Shown: positions 30,587 through 41,722, counted from the first letter of the stretch. The stretch: DNA of 64,000 bases from an uncultured delta proteobacterium (GCA_963735595.1 CAVTLK010000002.1:736001-800000); one strand, 5' to 3'. The notes: generated from the letters alone by a model not told the origin. Made by a program: numbers and translations.

Positions 30587-30668
30587 TTGCCCCCTGCGCC
30601 GGATAAGCTCTCTTACGGATCTATCGGGTCTCTCTATCAAGCAGCATACTTTCCCCTTTTTTCCGCAC

Positions 30669-30774
30669 ATGGCGGCCTGCGCTATCTTCCGGCTTGCCAC
30701 GCTGATCCCTGCCGTCAACACCGCCTTTGCCTACACGACGCTCACCCGCGCCTGGCGGCGGTGTTATGAGCCGG
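30669..30774 (+). pseudogene. Diverged second copy of the 3' end of the EFR1 ferredoxin gene
   Basis: MAACAIFRLATLIPAVNTAFAYTTLTRAWRRCYEP vs MGAYALFWLATRIPAVNAVFAYTTLTRAYRRYHEP (30074-30179), ungapped. Confidence 0.75.
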
Positions 30775-30842
30775 TAGGAAAAAGGGGTACGTCTCCGTTT
30801 GACTCTTGTCCACAGAAGGAAACGTGACAATTCTCCGGTTAG

Positions 30843-31330
30843 CACCCGTAGGGGCTGCAAACATGCGGCTCGCCATAGACCGTCATTGCGAGGGAGGCAG
30901 CAGCCGACCGCGGCAATCTCCTCGCCGCCGGAGGCCATGCGCCGGAGAAGAAGAGACAAACCCACGAGAATCGGACGCGATGATGAGATTGCTTCGTCGC
31001 GATGCTCCTCGCAATGACGAATAGTGTTCCCGGTGACAGTCGAAGGTTGCCACGACCCCTTCGGGGGCTCGCAATGACAATAGTAATTGCCGCCGAAGGC
31101 GGCACTATTAAGCACCGCCGCCCCTACGGATTCTAAGGCAGTACGCCCTTATCACCCGTAGGGACACGACTTGTCGTGTCCATCACGAGTCCCGTCATTG
31201 CGAGGGAGGCAGTAGCCGACCGCAGCAATCTCCTCGCCGCCGGAGGCCATACGCCAATAAAGGAGGGACAATCGCGCAAAAACCAACGCGATGATGAGAT
31301 TGCTTCGTCGCGATGCTCCTCGCAACGACG
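30843..31330. repeat. Composite REP/RPE-like palindrome cluster, two units of about 310 bp
   Basis: CGTCATTGCGAG...CTCGCAA(T/C)GACG elements at 30881-31019 and 31193-31330, each preceded by a CACCCGTAGGG hairpin (30843, 31153); half element near 31043-31078; CCCCTACGG near 31121. Confidence 0.85.
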
Positions 31331-31371
31331 AGTAACGTATCGTATTAATTACCCGACCACAAAAAAATCCC

Positions 31372-31417
31372 TTGACATCCCCCCATTATTTAGTTAGTAT
31401 GCAAGTCAATCGCATAC
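31372..31417 (+). promoter_or_regulatory. marR promoter and inverted-repeat operator
   Basis: TTGACA-17 bp-TAGTAT overlapped by GTATGC-N9-GCATAC. Confidence 0.65.
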
Positions 31418-31442
31418 AAGGAATCCGGGAAACCCGGCACCC

Positions 31443-31859
31443 ATGAAACCCACCGACTGCATATTCTTCCAGCTTACCAAGGCGAGTCAGAACGCCATCC
31501 GTTTCTTCAGCCAGCGGGTAACGCCGCTGGGGGTAACGGCGGCGCAGGCGTTGGTGATGCTGTTTCTGTTTGACGAGGACTCCGTCACCTCCAAGGACCT
31601 CGGGGAGCGGGCGCAGCTGGACAGCGCCACGCTCACCGGCATCATCGACCGGCTGGAGGCGCAGGGCCTCGTGGTGCGGGGCGAGCACCCGGACGACCGG
31701 CGGGCGATATCGGTACGCCTCACCGATACCGGGCGCGAGACCGCGGCGAGGATTTCGGCGCTCTCGGAGGAGGCCAACAGGGATTTCTTGCGCGGCCTAT
31801 CGCCCGAGGACGAGAAGGCGCTCCGGGGCCTCCTTTCGGTGGTCAGGGAGATCGGCTGA
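31443..31859 (+). CDS. MarR-family regulator
   Basis: LDSATLTGIIDRLE, DDRR, LTDTG. Confidence 0.92.
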   Translation: MKPTDCIFFQLTKASQNAIRFFSQRVTPLGVTAAQALVMLFLFDEDSVTSKDLGERAQLDSATLTGIIDRLEAQGLVVRGEHPDDRRAISVRLTDTGRETAARISALSEEANRDFLRGLSPEDEKALRGLLSVVREIG

Positions 31860-31934
31860 TTTTTTTTCGGCACATAACTCGTATGCAATTAGATTGTATG
31901 AAAGCGATTATAAAACCGTAGAAGAGGAGATACG

Positions 31935-32703
31935 ATGGACAAGGAAGCAATCAGGAAATACGCTCTTGACCTCGGTGCGGACGTGGTGGGGTTTGCCGCG
32001 GCGGCGGACTACACATCGGAGCGGACGCCGGCGCTCGCGGCGATCCTGCCCGGCGTAAAATCGCTGGTGGTGATGGGCTACCGGGAGATCCACGGGGCCA
32101 ACGAGTCGGAAAACGTCCGGGCAGGGATGGCCTCCCGGCTGGGCGGCATGGACTTCGCCCAGGCCAACAACTACCAGATGGCCCGCTTCATCGAGAAGAA
32201 CACGAAAACCAAGGCGGCGCCGGTCGCGCCGTCATACCCGCTGAACATGGAGCCGCCGGTGATGGGGATGTACGCCGACGTGTCGCTCAGGCACGCGGCT
32301 TTGGCCGCGGGGCTGGGTGCTTTCGGCCGGCATAACCTCATCATCAACCCCGAATACGGCTCCCAGATCGTCTTCACGGCAATCCTGACGGAGCTGCCGC
32401 TCTCATCGGACCCGCCGGTGAAGGACGACCTCTGCAACGAGTGCGGGCTGTGCGTCGATAATTGCCCGGGCGGGGCGCTGGCGGAGGAAGGCAAGACCGA
32501 CATGATGAAGTGCCTCAAGGCGTCCCAGCCCTACGGCTGTCATGCGCGAGATACGCTACTTCCACAAATTCATCGGCGCGACCCCGGACGAGCAGAAGGC
32601 GCTCCTGCGCGACCCGGCGCTGCTGCCGATCTACCAGGCCCAGTTCATCGGTTTTCAGTACCAGTGCTTCAAGTGCATCGCCGTCTGCCCGGCGTGCCAA
32701 TAG
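31935..32703 (+). CDS. QueG-like (epoxyqueuosine reductase family) 4Fe-4S/cobalamin protein; frameshift near 32540
   Basis: GADVVG, SLRHAA..AGLG.FG..NL, CNECGLCVDNCP, second-frame CFKCIAVCP. Confidence 0.8.
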
Positions 32704-32731
32704 TTCCGATATATCAGTAGGGGTCTCGGGT

Positions 32732-33625
32732 ATGTTCGAGAAAATCGCCGATTCGATAACGCTTGTCCACGGTAAGCTCAAGGGCCGCTTTCCCTACTCG
32801 CACTCGGTCGTCATCGAGGGCCCCGAGGGGGCGGCGCTGCTCGACACGGGTTGCGGGGCAGAGAACATCGAAGAGGTAAAGCGGGCCTTTCCGATCAGGA
32901 CCGTCATCAACTCCCACGGCCACCCGGACCATTCGGCGGGAAACGGGCGGTTTGACGGCTCGGTCGTCGTCCACATGCCGGAGGAGGGCATCGATACGGG
33001 GGGCAACGTGCGGGCGCTGGCCGACCGGCTTGCCGAGCCGGGGGACCTTGCCGCCTACTGGCGGGAGTGGGTCATCACGACGATGGGATTTATCGACCGG
33101 CGGCCCGACAGGGCATACCGGGAGGGGTCTGAATTCGTCTTCGGAGACGTCCGCCTCGTGGCGCTCGCCACGCCGGGGCACACGGCCGACCATTACTGCC
33201 TCTGGGAACCGGATAAACAGATCCTCTTTTCCTTCGACTACGACCTGACCCCCTTCGGCCCCTGGTACGGCCACCGGGAGTCGGACATCGGGGCGTTCAA
33301 GCGCTCGATCAAGCGTCTTATGGAACTCGATATCAGGGTGCTGGTATCCGGCCACCGGGAGGTCATCACCGGGGGGATTCACGAAGGGTTCTCACGGTAC
33401 CTTGCGGTCTTCGATAAGCGGGAAGGCAGGATCGCCGCGCTGCTGGAGAAGGGCGCCAGGACGATGCCCGAGCTGGTGGATGCCGCGCCGATCTACGGGT
33501 CATATCCCTATGCGGAGCCGCTGCTGCGCTACTGGGAGGGGCAGATGATCGAGAAACACCTGGCCGATCTGATTGAAAGGGGGGCGGTGAGCTGCGGTTC
33601 GGACGGGGCGTACGCACTCGCGTAG
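32732..33625 (+). CDS. Metallo-beta-lactamase fold hydrolase
   Basis: SHGHPDH, TPGHTADH, SGH. Confidence 0.88.
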   Translation: MFEKIADSITLVHGKLKGRFPYSHSVVIEGPEGAALLDTGCGAENIEEVKRAFPIRTVINSHGHPDHSAGNGRFDGSVVVHMPEEGIDTGGNVRALADRLAEPGDLAAYWREWVITTMGFIDRRPDRAYREGSEFVFGDVRLVALATPGHTADHYCLWEPDKQILFSFDYDLTPFGPWYGHRESDIGAFKRSIKRLMELDIRVLVSGHREVITGGIHEGFSRYLAVFDKREGRIAALLEKGARTMPELVDAAPIYGSYPYAEPLLRYWEGQMIEKHLADLIERGAVSCGSDGAYALA

Positions 33626-33666
33626 CGGACGCGCCGCCGGTTTGGCGGCGCAAGCATCCAAGAGGA

Positions 33667-33931
33667 TTAAATCCGGCTTTCGGAGTCGATGGACTGCATG
33701 AGCATGACGTCAACGACGGCAAGCTCATAGAAGGCGCAGGATTCGAGGATCTCCGGGGCTCACCTTGCTTTCGTATACCCGTCTGCCATGCTCGATTTCT
33801 TTTTCCAGCAGGCCAAAAAGGATGTCGTTTTTCAAGCCCTCTTTTATCTTCTTGACGTTGTAGACGGTGATATCCGAGATGATGGTTCGGGCGAGTCGTC
33901 GGGCATGATCGCGGTCTGTTATCAATTCCAT
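33667..33931 (-). CDS. Small conserved-looking helical protein; frameshift near 33755
   Basis: ARRLARTIISDITVYN..KIKEGLKND.LF..LEKEIEHGR..YE; second frame EILESCAFYELAVVDVML to TAA 33667. Confidence 0.6.
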
Positions 33932-34257
33932 ACGGTATACCTTAAAAAAACCTAATAATAGTGTACTGATGAACAATTATAATGCAATTCGCGTGCCATA
34001 AGCCGTGAAAATCTCCGAGTGGGGAGGTAATATGGGGGTAATGCATTATTTCCGTATCTTTTGGGGCCGATTATACGGCTATTTAGGCGTCCAAAACAGG
34101 ATCGGGCGCGCCGCGTGGTGAATCGTTGCAGAAAAAGGGAGGCGTGTTGAATAATATACAAAATAATGTAATCGACTACGTTACTCTATATGATGACTCC
34201 AGTTAATAGTCCATTACGATATCAGTATCTATTATGTCATGTCGATATTTGAGCATG

Positions 34258-35361
34258 TTAATAGACCGTCCGCGCTTCAGTTGCACAAATGTAACGCGCA
34301 ACGCTGCACGAAACGCTCAGGTCAGTGAAGAGATGAGGGTACGGAAGGCGTGACGATAACGGAGTAGGACGCCAATGTAAACATCTCCCGCCAGCGAAAA
34401 TCGACGTAACGATCCGGTGCAGGCCGCCCGCGGCGGCGAGCGATGTCAGGGAGCGCAGCGTCGCCGTAAAGAAGTCGATGATCCGTGCGACGTAGCGTTT
34501 CCGGTCGGCGAAATAGGCCCCGCAGTGGTCGACCTCCGGCTCCTCCCAGAGCTCCTTGGGAAAAGGCAGGGCCTCGTAGACGGACCGCTGCTGGGCGGGC
34601 GGGATTACGGAGTCGCGCCCCGAGACGATCACCAGAGACCGCCGTGACCCGAAGGCGACGGGCCGAGCCGGGAATGTCCATCCTCGCCGAGGTCCAATCC
34701 GTAAAGGAGCAGTCGCCCACATCCGGGTAAGCACGGGGATAAGCAGCGCCCGGGTGATGGGAAAGAACCGTCGCATACCGGCGCGCATCATGGCCTCCGG
34801 CCGCGCAAAGGGGCAGTCGGCCACCAGCGACAGCACCCGGGAGTCCCGCGCCGCCGTAACGACGGCAACGGCGGCCCCCAGGGAAAAGCCGATGATCCCG
34901 ATCTGTGCGCCCGGGATTCGGGCGGCGGCATAGCCGACGGCCGCCGCGGCGTCAACGGCCTCCCGCCGCCCAGGCCCATGGGGGCGGGGCGCTCTTCGCC
35001 CCGGCCGCGGAAGTCGAACAATAATACGTGAAACCCCGCCTTTGCCAGACAGACTCCCGACGCCCAGCAGGTCGCTCTTGATGCCCGACCTTCCCGTCAG
35101 GCCCACCACCACCCGGTTCCCGCGTCCGACCAGCCACCAGCCGGAAAGCTCGATACCGTCGGCCGTCATAAAGGAGACCCGCTCGAAGTCCACGCCCGTC
35201 TCGAAGGGGGTGAAGACGTAGTCGTCCAGATAGGTCTTTTTCCTCGGGCGGCAGAGGTATAGGGCGAGGATCAGGGCGGCGGTCACATTCAGGGCGAAGA
35301 TGACGGCCGCAAACGTCACGAGCGTTTCGAGTATGAAAGAACATCGGAGCGATTTTGCCAC
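34258..35361 (-). CDS. Alpha/beta hydrolase with N-terminal TM; probable internal indels, true 3' end uncertain
   Basis: TADGIELSGWW, FDFRGRG in alternate frame, GFSLG, VADCPF, D.VIP, DHCGAY. Confidence 0.75.
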   Translation of the reverse strand: MAKSLRCSFILETLVTFAAVIFALNVTAALILALYLCRPRKKTYLDDYVFTPFETGVDFERVSFMTADGIELSGWWLVGRGNRVVVGLTGRSGIKSDLLGVGSLSGKGGVSRIIVRLPRPGRRAPRPHGPGRREAVDAAAAVGYAAARIPGAQIGIIGFSLGAAVAVVTAARDSRVLSLVADCPFARPEAMMRAGMRRFFPITRALLIPVLTRMWATAPLRIGPRRGWTFPARPVAFGSRRSLVIVSGRDSVIPPAQQRSVYEALPFPKELWEEPEVDHCGAYFADRKRYVARIIDFFTATLRSLTSLAAAGGLHRIVTSIFAGGRCLHWRPTPLSSRLPYPHLFTDLSVSCSVARYICATEARTVY

Positions 35362-35569
35362 CTCACCATGATGCGCGGTGATACTTCATTTCCTTGCAGG
35401 GGCCAGGGAGAAAATGGGCGACCGAGACCGTCGAGGAATCGGATACGGGTGACCGCCGCCCCGCTGACGGTCGGATATTCAGCCGCTGCCCCGGCGGCGG
35501 TCGATTATATCACGATTGTCGTCAGACGGGTCATTTTCGGGATAAATATGACCGCGGGTACAATTTACC

Positions 35570-35617
35570 TTGACAAATCGGGAGCAATGTCATAGAGTTT
35601 TGATTGACAAATCAATC
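35570..35617 (+). promoter_or_regulatory. Promoter and TetR-type operator
   Basis: TTGACA-17 bp-TAGAGT then GATTGA-CAAA-TCAATC palindrome. Confidence 0.6.
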
Positions 35618-35676
35618 TACATGCAGAGTCGTCCCGACTCAACCGTTGTCCTATCAGAAGAGTGATGATACGCCCT

Positions 35677-36315
35677 ATGACACAAGAAAAGAACACGACA
35701 GGCCAGGCGGAGCAGATCATCGAGTCCCCCGAAAAGACCGAGCTCATCCTTGATGCGGCCGTGAAGGTCTTTGCCGATAAGGGCTACTACGGCGCCCGGG
35801 TCTCGGACATCGCCCAGGAAGCGGGGATCGCCTACGGACTGGTCTATCACTACTTCAAGAACAAAGAGGACCTCCTTATCTCGATCTTTAGACACCGCTG
35901 GGGCCAGTTTGACCAGGCCGTAAGGAAGATCATGGAAGAGAAGGACGATCCGCGCCTGATGATTCACTCTATCATCTCGTTTCTCTTCCATTCCTACAAG
36001 AACAACCCGAAGGTGATCGAGGTGATGATCCTCGACGTTGCCAAGAGCACCCGTTTCTTCAACGGTGAAAATATTAAGCAGTTCACGGATCTCTTTACGC
36101 TTATATCCGATATTGTGCTCCGAGGGCAGGAGCAGGGGATATTTAAGAAAGACCTCGATGCGAAGCTGGCCGCGTATTGCCTGTACGGTTCGGTGGAACG
36201 GATCATGCTCCGATGGTTATTGGAGGACAAAAAAGTAATTACCGACCAGGAGGCCCGGTCGGCGACCGAGATGGTCACCACCATTATCCTTTCCGGTCTT
36301 GAGCAAAACGGTTAG
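35677..36315 (+). CDS. TetR/AcrR-family regulator
   Basis: ILDAAVKVFADKGY, DIAQEAGIAYGLVYHYFKNKEDL. Confidence 0.92.
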   Translation: MTQEKNTTGQAEQIIESPEKTELILDAAVKVFADKGYYGARVSDIAQEAGIAYGLVYHYFKNKEDLLISIFRHRWGQFDQAVRKIMEEKDDPRLMIHSIISFLFHSYKNNPKVIEVMILDVAKSTRFFNGENIKQFTDLFTLISDIVLRGQEQGIFKKDLDAKLAAYCLYGSVERIMLRWLLEDKKVITDQEARSATEMVTTIILSGLEQNG

Positions 36316-36329
36316 TAGAGGAGGATTTC

Positions 36330-37478
36330 ATGGATTTCGCGTTTACGGACGAACAGCTTGCCTTCAGGGATCAGGTCCTCAAATTCTCTCAAAAGGAGAT
36401 CGCGCCCGCTGGCAGAGGAGTATGACTACAAGGGCGAGTGGTGTTGGGAGTCCTGGAAAAAAATGGGCGAATTCGGGCTGCTGGGCCTCCACTTTCCCGA
36501 GGAATACGGCGGCTCCGGGGCCGACGTGGTTACCTCGTGCCTGGCCGCCGAGGCCCTCGCGGAGGGGGGCGCCGACGGCGGGCTGACGCTGTCGTGGGGT
36601 GCCCATACCTATCTCTCGGCCGACACCATCTACCAGCACGGGACGGACGAGCAGAAAAAAAAGTACGTCGCCAAGATGGCCACGGGTGAGTGGATAGGGT
36701 GTATGGCCCTCACCGAGCCGAACGCCGGCTCGGACGCCGCCTCCATCACTACGACGGCGGTCAAGAAGGGGGATCGGTGGATTCTCAACGGGACGAAGAT
36801 GTTCATCACCAACGGCCCCATTGCCGACATATGCGTATGCTACGCCGTCACCGACAAGGAAAAGAAACACATGGGGATCTCGGCGTTCATCGTCGAGAAA
36901 GGTTTCAAGGGCTTTTCGGTGAGCAAGACCCTCAAGAAGATGGGGGTCAAGACCTCTACGACGGCCGAGCTCGTCTTCGAGGACTGCGAGGTGCCCGAGG
37001 AAAACCTCCTGGGCACGCTCAATAACGGCTTTCCGATGACCCTGCAGACGCTCGAATGGGACCGCTCGGCGCTGCTGGCCCCCTTCGTGGGAGGGATGGA
37101 GTTCGTCCTGAAGCAGTCCAGCCAGTACGCCAAACAACGCGTCCAGTTCGGCAAATCGATCAGCGAATTCCAGGCCGTCCAGAAGAAGCTTGCCGACATC
37201 AAGTGCTTCGTCGAGGCGGCCGGCTGTTGGTCTATCGCGTCGCCTGGAACAAGGACCAGGGCAAATCCATGAACCATATGGAGGCGGCCTGCGCGAAGCT
37301 CTGGGTCGGCGACTGGGGTATGTCAGCGATCTCCGAGGCCGTCCAGATTCACGGCGGCTATGGATTCATGCACGAATACCCGGTGGAGCGGGTCTTCAGG
37401 GATACGAAGCTGGCGCAGATCGGCGGCGGAACCTCGGAGATTCAGCGATTTATTATCTCCAGACTCCTGTTGGCATAG
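36330..37478 (+). CDS. Acyl-CoA dehydrogenase; frameshifts near 36405 and 37220
   Basis: MDFAFTDEQ, ALTEPNAGSD, NGTKMFITNG, RVQFG, QIHGGYG, IGGGTSEIQR. Confidence 0.9.
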
Positions 37479-37488
37479 GGAGGACAAT

Positions 37489-38662
37489 ATGGATTACGGA
37501 CTAAACAAGGAACAGTTGGCCCTGCAGGATTCGTTCAGGAAGTTCTGCGAGAAAGAGATAAAGCCCAACGCCGACCTCCTGGACAAGGCGGATCCGGCCA
37601 AGGCAACGGAGCATCCTCAAGAAAAAACTTAAAGAAGCTGGCCGAGATCGGCTACACCGGCCTCTTTCACGACGAAAAATACGGCGGTACCGGCAAGGAC
37701 CTCATCACGCAGAGCGTCGCGCAGGAGGAGCTGGCCAAGGTGTGCGCGGCCACGTATCTTTCCGTCGGCGCAAGCATCGGGTCTGTGCGGAATTCCCATC
37801 GCCATCTTCGGGACCGAAGAGCAGAAAAAGAAATATCTCCCCGAAGCTGATCACGACCGGACTGATCGGCTGCTTCGGGCTCACGGAGCCGGAGGCCGGT
37901 TCGGACGCGATCAGCATATAGACCACGGCGGTCAAGAAGGGCAAACAACTGGGTGCTCAACGGCACCAAGACGTTTATCACCAACGGCCCCATCGCCGAT
38001 GTCGCCGTCGTCATGGCAAAGACCGACCCGGACGGGAGGTAAGGGGACGCAACGTCTCGTCGTTTATCGTCGAAAAGGGGACAAAGGGATTTTCGATCGG
38101 AAAGCCGATGGACAAGATGGGCTACCGCGGATCGCCCACCTCCGAGCTGATCTTCGAGGAGTGCGAGATCCCGGCGGCGAACCTGCTCGGCAAGGAAAAC
38201 GAGGGATTCATGCAGGCCATGAAGACGCTCGAATACGGAAGGATCGGTATGGCAATGGTCTGCCTCGGCGTTTCGATGGCATGCATGGAAGAGTCGATCA
38301 AGTACGCCAAGGAGCGCACCCAGTTCGGGCGGCCTATCTCGAAGTTCCAGATGATCGGTTTCAAGATCGCCGACATGAAGCTGTTGACCGATACGGCGCG
38401 CCTGTTGATCTACAAGGCGGCGTGGCTCAAGGACATCAACGATCCAGCCGCGGCCACGACGGCCTCGATCGCAAAGCTCGTGGCCTCGGAGACGTCCACC
38501 CAGATAGCCAGCTCGGCGGTGCAGATCCACGGCGGCTACGGATACATGAAGGAGTACCTCGTCGAGCGGCTCTACCGGGACGCCAAGCTCGGAGAGATCG
38601 GCGAGGGGACTTCGGAGATCCAGCGGATCCTCATCGCGCGTGACGTGCTCGCAAAATACTAA
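37489..38662 (+). CDS. Acyl-CoA dehydrogenase; several frameshifts between 37620 and 38060
   Basis: [55 protein letters not shown]. Confidence 0.88.
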
Positions 38663-38742
38663 CACGGGATACGGGGGGGCGTCACGGTCCTGAAACCTCA
38701 GGAAGACCCTCCGGAACGTTTCAGACCAACGATTCACTCACA

Positions 38743-38776
38743 GACAACAGGGGCGGCCTATGCCGCCCCTGTTGTC
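38743..38776 (+). terminator. Hairpin terminator
   Basis: GACAACAGGGGCGGC-ctat-GCCGCCCCTGTTGTC. Confidence 0.7.
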
Positions 38777-38926
38777 GTTTCTATTATGGTACCTTCCTGT
38801 TGCGGTATTCCGGCTGTTCGGGTAACCGGGGAAGGCCGGAAGGTACCGTTTAAAGAAATTTTTTTATTTGTAATTACCCTACGATTTATATTAGACTGAT
38901 AGCCGGTATTGATGGAGGTGGCGGCT

Positions 38927-39481
38927 ATGAAAAGAACCGGTATCGTCAGGCGATTCGTTATTCCTCTCATTATCGTGGTCGGCGTTATGGCTGCGGCAAG
39001 CTTTATCTTTCACGGTGCGCGTATGCTCTCCCCGGGGACGGCGCGCACCGCGCTGCTCTGGATTTCCGGGCCGCTCATGTTCATCTCAATCTGGTTTTTC
39101 GGGTTTGTTGGGACGCCGATCGCCTATTTTTCGGGCGCACGGTTCGTCGAGCGGCTTATCGTTGCGTTTGCCAACCCGGTTATCTGGGTCGCGCGGATGA
39201 TAGCGAAGGTATCGTGTCAGTTCGGCCCGATAGAGCTTGTCTATTTCTTTTTTCTGCCCTGGACGTTTGGTATCATCTGCATGACGCTCCTGGAGTTTTC
39301 CGTCTCCGAGATCGTCTGCCGGTCCATCGACCGGCGGCGCGGGGGTGCGGCGCGGGTGCTGTCACCCGTGGTACTGGTGCTGTTGTTCCTGGGGCTTGCC
39401 GGCACCTATTTCGGCTTCGTCAGGGGGCAGGAATGGGTATACATGATCGTGCATAGCTACGCCCTTCATTTCTTACAGTAA
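38927..39481 (+). CDS. Hypothetical multi-pass membrane protein
   Basis: GGAGG RBS, about 5 hydrophobic segments. Confidence 0.65.
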   Translation: MKRTGIVRRFVIPLIIVVGVMAAASFIFHGARMLSPGTARTALLWISGPLMFISIWFFGFVGTPIAYFSGARFVERLIVAFANPVIWVARMIAKVSCQFGPIELVYFFFLPWTFGIICMTLLEFSVSEIVCRSIDRRRGGAARVLSPVVLVLLFLGLAGTYFGFVRGQEWVYMIVHSYALHFLQ

Positions 39482-39496
39482 ACCGGGAGTAAGACG

Positions 39497-40924
39497 ATGA
39501 GTAATATAGATAACAAAAAAGGTTCTGCCGGTGCGCTGACCCGCCGGGACGCCCTCAAGGCGATCGGCACGGCGGCGGCCCTCGGGATCGGCGGTTTTAC
39601 CCTCGGGGAGCAGCTGTTTGCCCAGGCGGGAGCGAAACGGCCCAATATACTGTTCATCCTTACCGATGATCACCGGGCCGACTGCATGGGCGCGATGGGT
39701 CACCCCTTCCTGAAAACCCCAAATATGGACCGCATTGCCGCCGAGGGAGTGCTCTTCGAAAACGCGTTCGTGACGACCTCGCTGTGCAGCCCGTCCCGCG
39801 CGTCGTTCCTGACAGGGCAATACGCCTCCGTCCACGGGGTGATCAACAATTTCTCGCGCTGGGACGAAGACAGAAACATCACCTTCCTCCAGCACCTGAA
39901 AGAGGCGGCGGGTTATGATACGGCGTTTATCGGCAAGTGGCATATGCCGGGGGGAGGACTTCCGCGGCTCCCGGGCGTTGACCTCTTCGTTTCATTCACG
40001 AAAAAGGACGGGCAGGGCGACTACTACAATTGCCCTATCTATAAAAACGGCGAGCTTGTCACCGGGCCGCGCAACCCCTACATTACCGAAGACCTAACCG
40101 ACTACGCTCTTGAGTATATCTCCGAGGAGCGCACTAAACCCTTTGCCCTCTACCTCTCCCACAAGGCGGTCCACCATGACTGGCGGCCTCCCCAACATCT
40201 GGCCGGGATCTACAAGGACGCCGACCTCTCGTTCCTGGCCCCGGAATCGGACACCTTCGATACGTGGACAGGCAACAACTGGCTGGAAGGAACGATGGGG
40301 CTCATGCACCCGGTATACCGGCGCTATTGCGAGTGCATAACCTCTGTGGATGAGCAGCTCGGCAGGGTTCTCGCCCTCCTGGAACAGAGGGGAATCCTTG
40401 ACGATACGGTAATCGTCTACTGCGGCGACAACGGCTATATCTGGGGTGAACACCGGCTCTACGCGAAGCACTGGCCCTACGAAGAATCGATCCGCATTCC
40501 CTACCTCGTGCGATACGGCAACTACATCCCCGATCCCGGCCGGCGCGCCGCCCACATGGCGCTCAATATCGACCTTGCCCCGACACTCCTGGAGCTTGCC
40601 GGAGTCAGACCCGCGCCTGCAATGCAGGGGGAAAGCCTCGCGCCGATCCTTCGTTCGGCCGATTCACCCTCCAGGCACGCCTTTATCTATGAACTCTTCA
40701 AGGACTTTCCATTTGGGGGCAGGGTGCCGCCTCACAAAGCGCTGAGGACCGAGCGGTACAAGTACATCGAATGGGAGGAGTGCAGAACGCCGGAGCTGTA
40801 CGATCTCGCGTCGGACGCGCGGGAGATGAGAAACCTTATCGGGACCACGGATGGAGAGAAACTCGTCGGCGGCCTGAAGAACGAGCTGGCGGCCTTGAAG
40901 GAAAAATATTCCATCCGCCTGTAG
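39497..40924 (+). CDS. Tat-exported Cys-type sulfatase (GlcNAc-6-sulfatase-like)
   Basis: TRRDALK, TDDHR, LCSPSRASFLTG, GKWH, GDNG. Confidence 0.92.
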   Translation: MSNIDNKKGSAGALTRRDALKAIGTAAALGIGGFTLGEQLFAQAGAKRPNILFILTDDHRADCMGAMGHPFLKTPNMDRIAAEGVLFENAFVTTSLCSPSRASFLTGQYASVHGVINNFSRWDEDRNITFLQHLKEAAGYDTAFIGKWHMPGGGLPRLPGVDLFVSFTKKDGQGDYYNCPIYKNGELVTGPRNPYITEDLTDYALEYISEERTKPFALYLSHKAVHHDWRPPQHLAGIYKDADLSFLAPESDTFDTWTGNNWLEGTMGLMHPVYRRYCECITSVDEQLGRVLALLEQRGILDDTVIVYCGDNGYIWGEHRLYAKHWPYEESIRIPYLVRYGNYIPDPGRRAAHMALNIDLAPTLLELAGVRPAPAMQGESLAPILRSADSPSRHAFIYELFKDFPFGGRVPPHKALRTERYKYIEWEECRTPELYDLASDAREMRNLIGTTDGEKLVGGLKNELAALKEKYSIRL

Positions 40925-40938
40925 CCACCGGAGGCAAC

Positions 40939-41566
40939 ATGCTCGAATCAAGGAAGATACCGAACAATTTCCTCCATTTCACTCTCAGGGGCATACACGA
41001 TATCATGGGGACAAACGGCCTGAACGCGATCCTGAACATCACGGGGCTCGTAAAGTTCAGGGATAACTATTCCACCGAACAACGAAGAAATCGGGCCCGA
41101 CGCCGCCGACATCGGGAGGCTTGTGAGGGGAGCAATCGACCTGATCGGGCAGAACGGCGTCAAGGCGATCCTGCAGAAAGCCGGTCATAGCGGTTACCGA
41201 ATGTCGCTGGATGAAGCCCCGGAGCTGATGGGCGCTCTCGGCGCGGAACTGAAGAAGCTCCCGAACGACCGGGAACGGATTGCCTCCCTCATGGGGGCGA
41301 TCACCTATGACGCCAACCGGATATTCGGGGATGGGCACCAGGAGCTGATTCCGATCGAGGACGGCTTCGAGGTGAGGATCGCCGAATGCGAATGGTGCTG
41401 GGGGATTACCGGTATGTCGCGACCCGTCTGTTTTACGGAGCTGGGCCTTGAAGAAGAGGCGATTCTCTGGGCGACGGGGAAATCGTACGAGGTAACGGAG
41501 ATCGCCTGCCGCGCGATGGGTGCCGAACGCTGCATCTTTCGTATCACGGGCCTCGGCGGAGGATGA
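40939..41566 (+). CDS. V4R (4-vinyl reductase) domain protein; frameshift near 41070
   Basis: MGTNGLNAILN, CEWC, PVC, EIACRAMGAERCIF. Confidence 0.75.
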
Positions 41567-41722
41567 ACCGGGGCATTGCCCGGGTCCGGTGATTTCGGGG
41601 ATGCCTTTGTTTAGCGGCGCCTCCTTCAGCATCGGAAAAAGGAGTAAGCAGGTATCGCATTGTGCACGCTAATCCGGGTGTTACGCCGGATTGTGCCGCT
41701 CGTCCTCGATCACCGCCTGCCG

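Noticed and set aside
30843..31330. Possible CRISPR array
   Set aside because: Only two long palindromic units, no regular short repeat-spacer period, no cas genes
33932..34260. AT-rich stretch as origin or mobile element end
   Set aside because: No DnaA-box cluster, terminal inverted repeats or direct repeats seen
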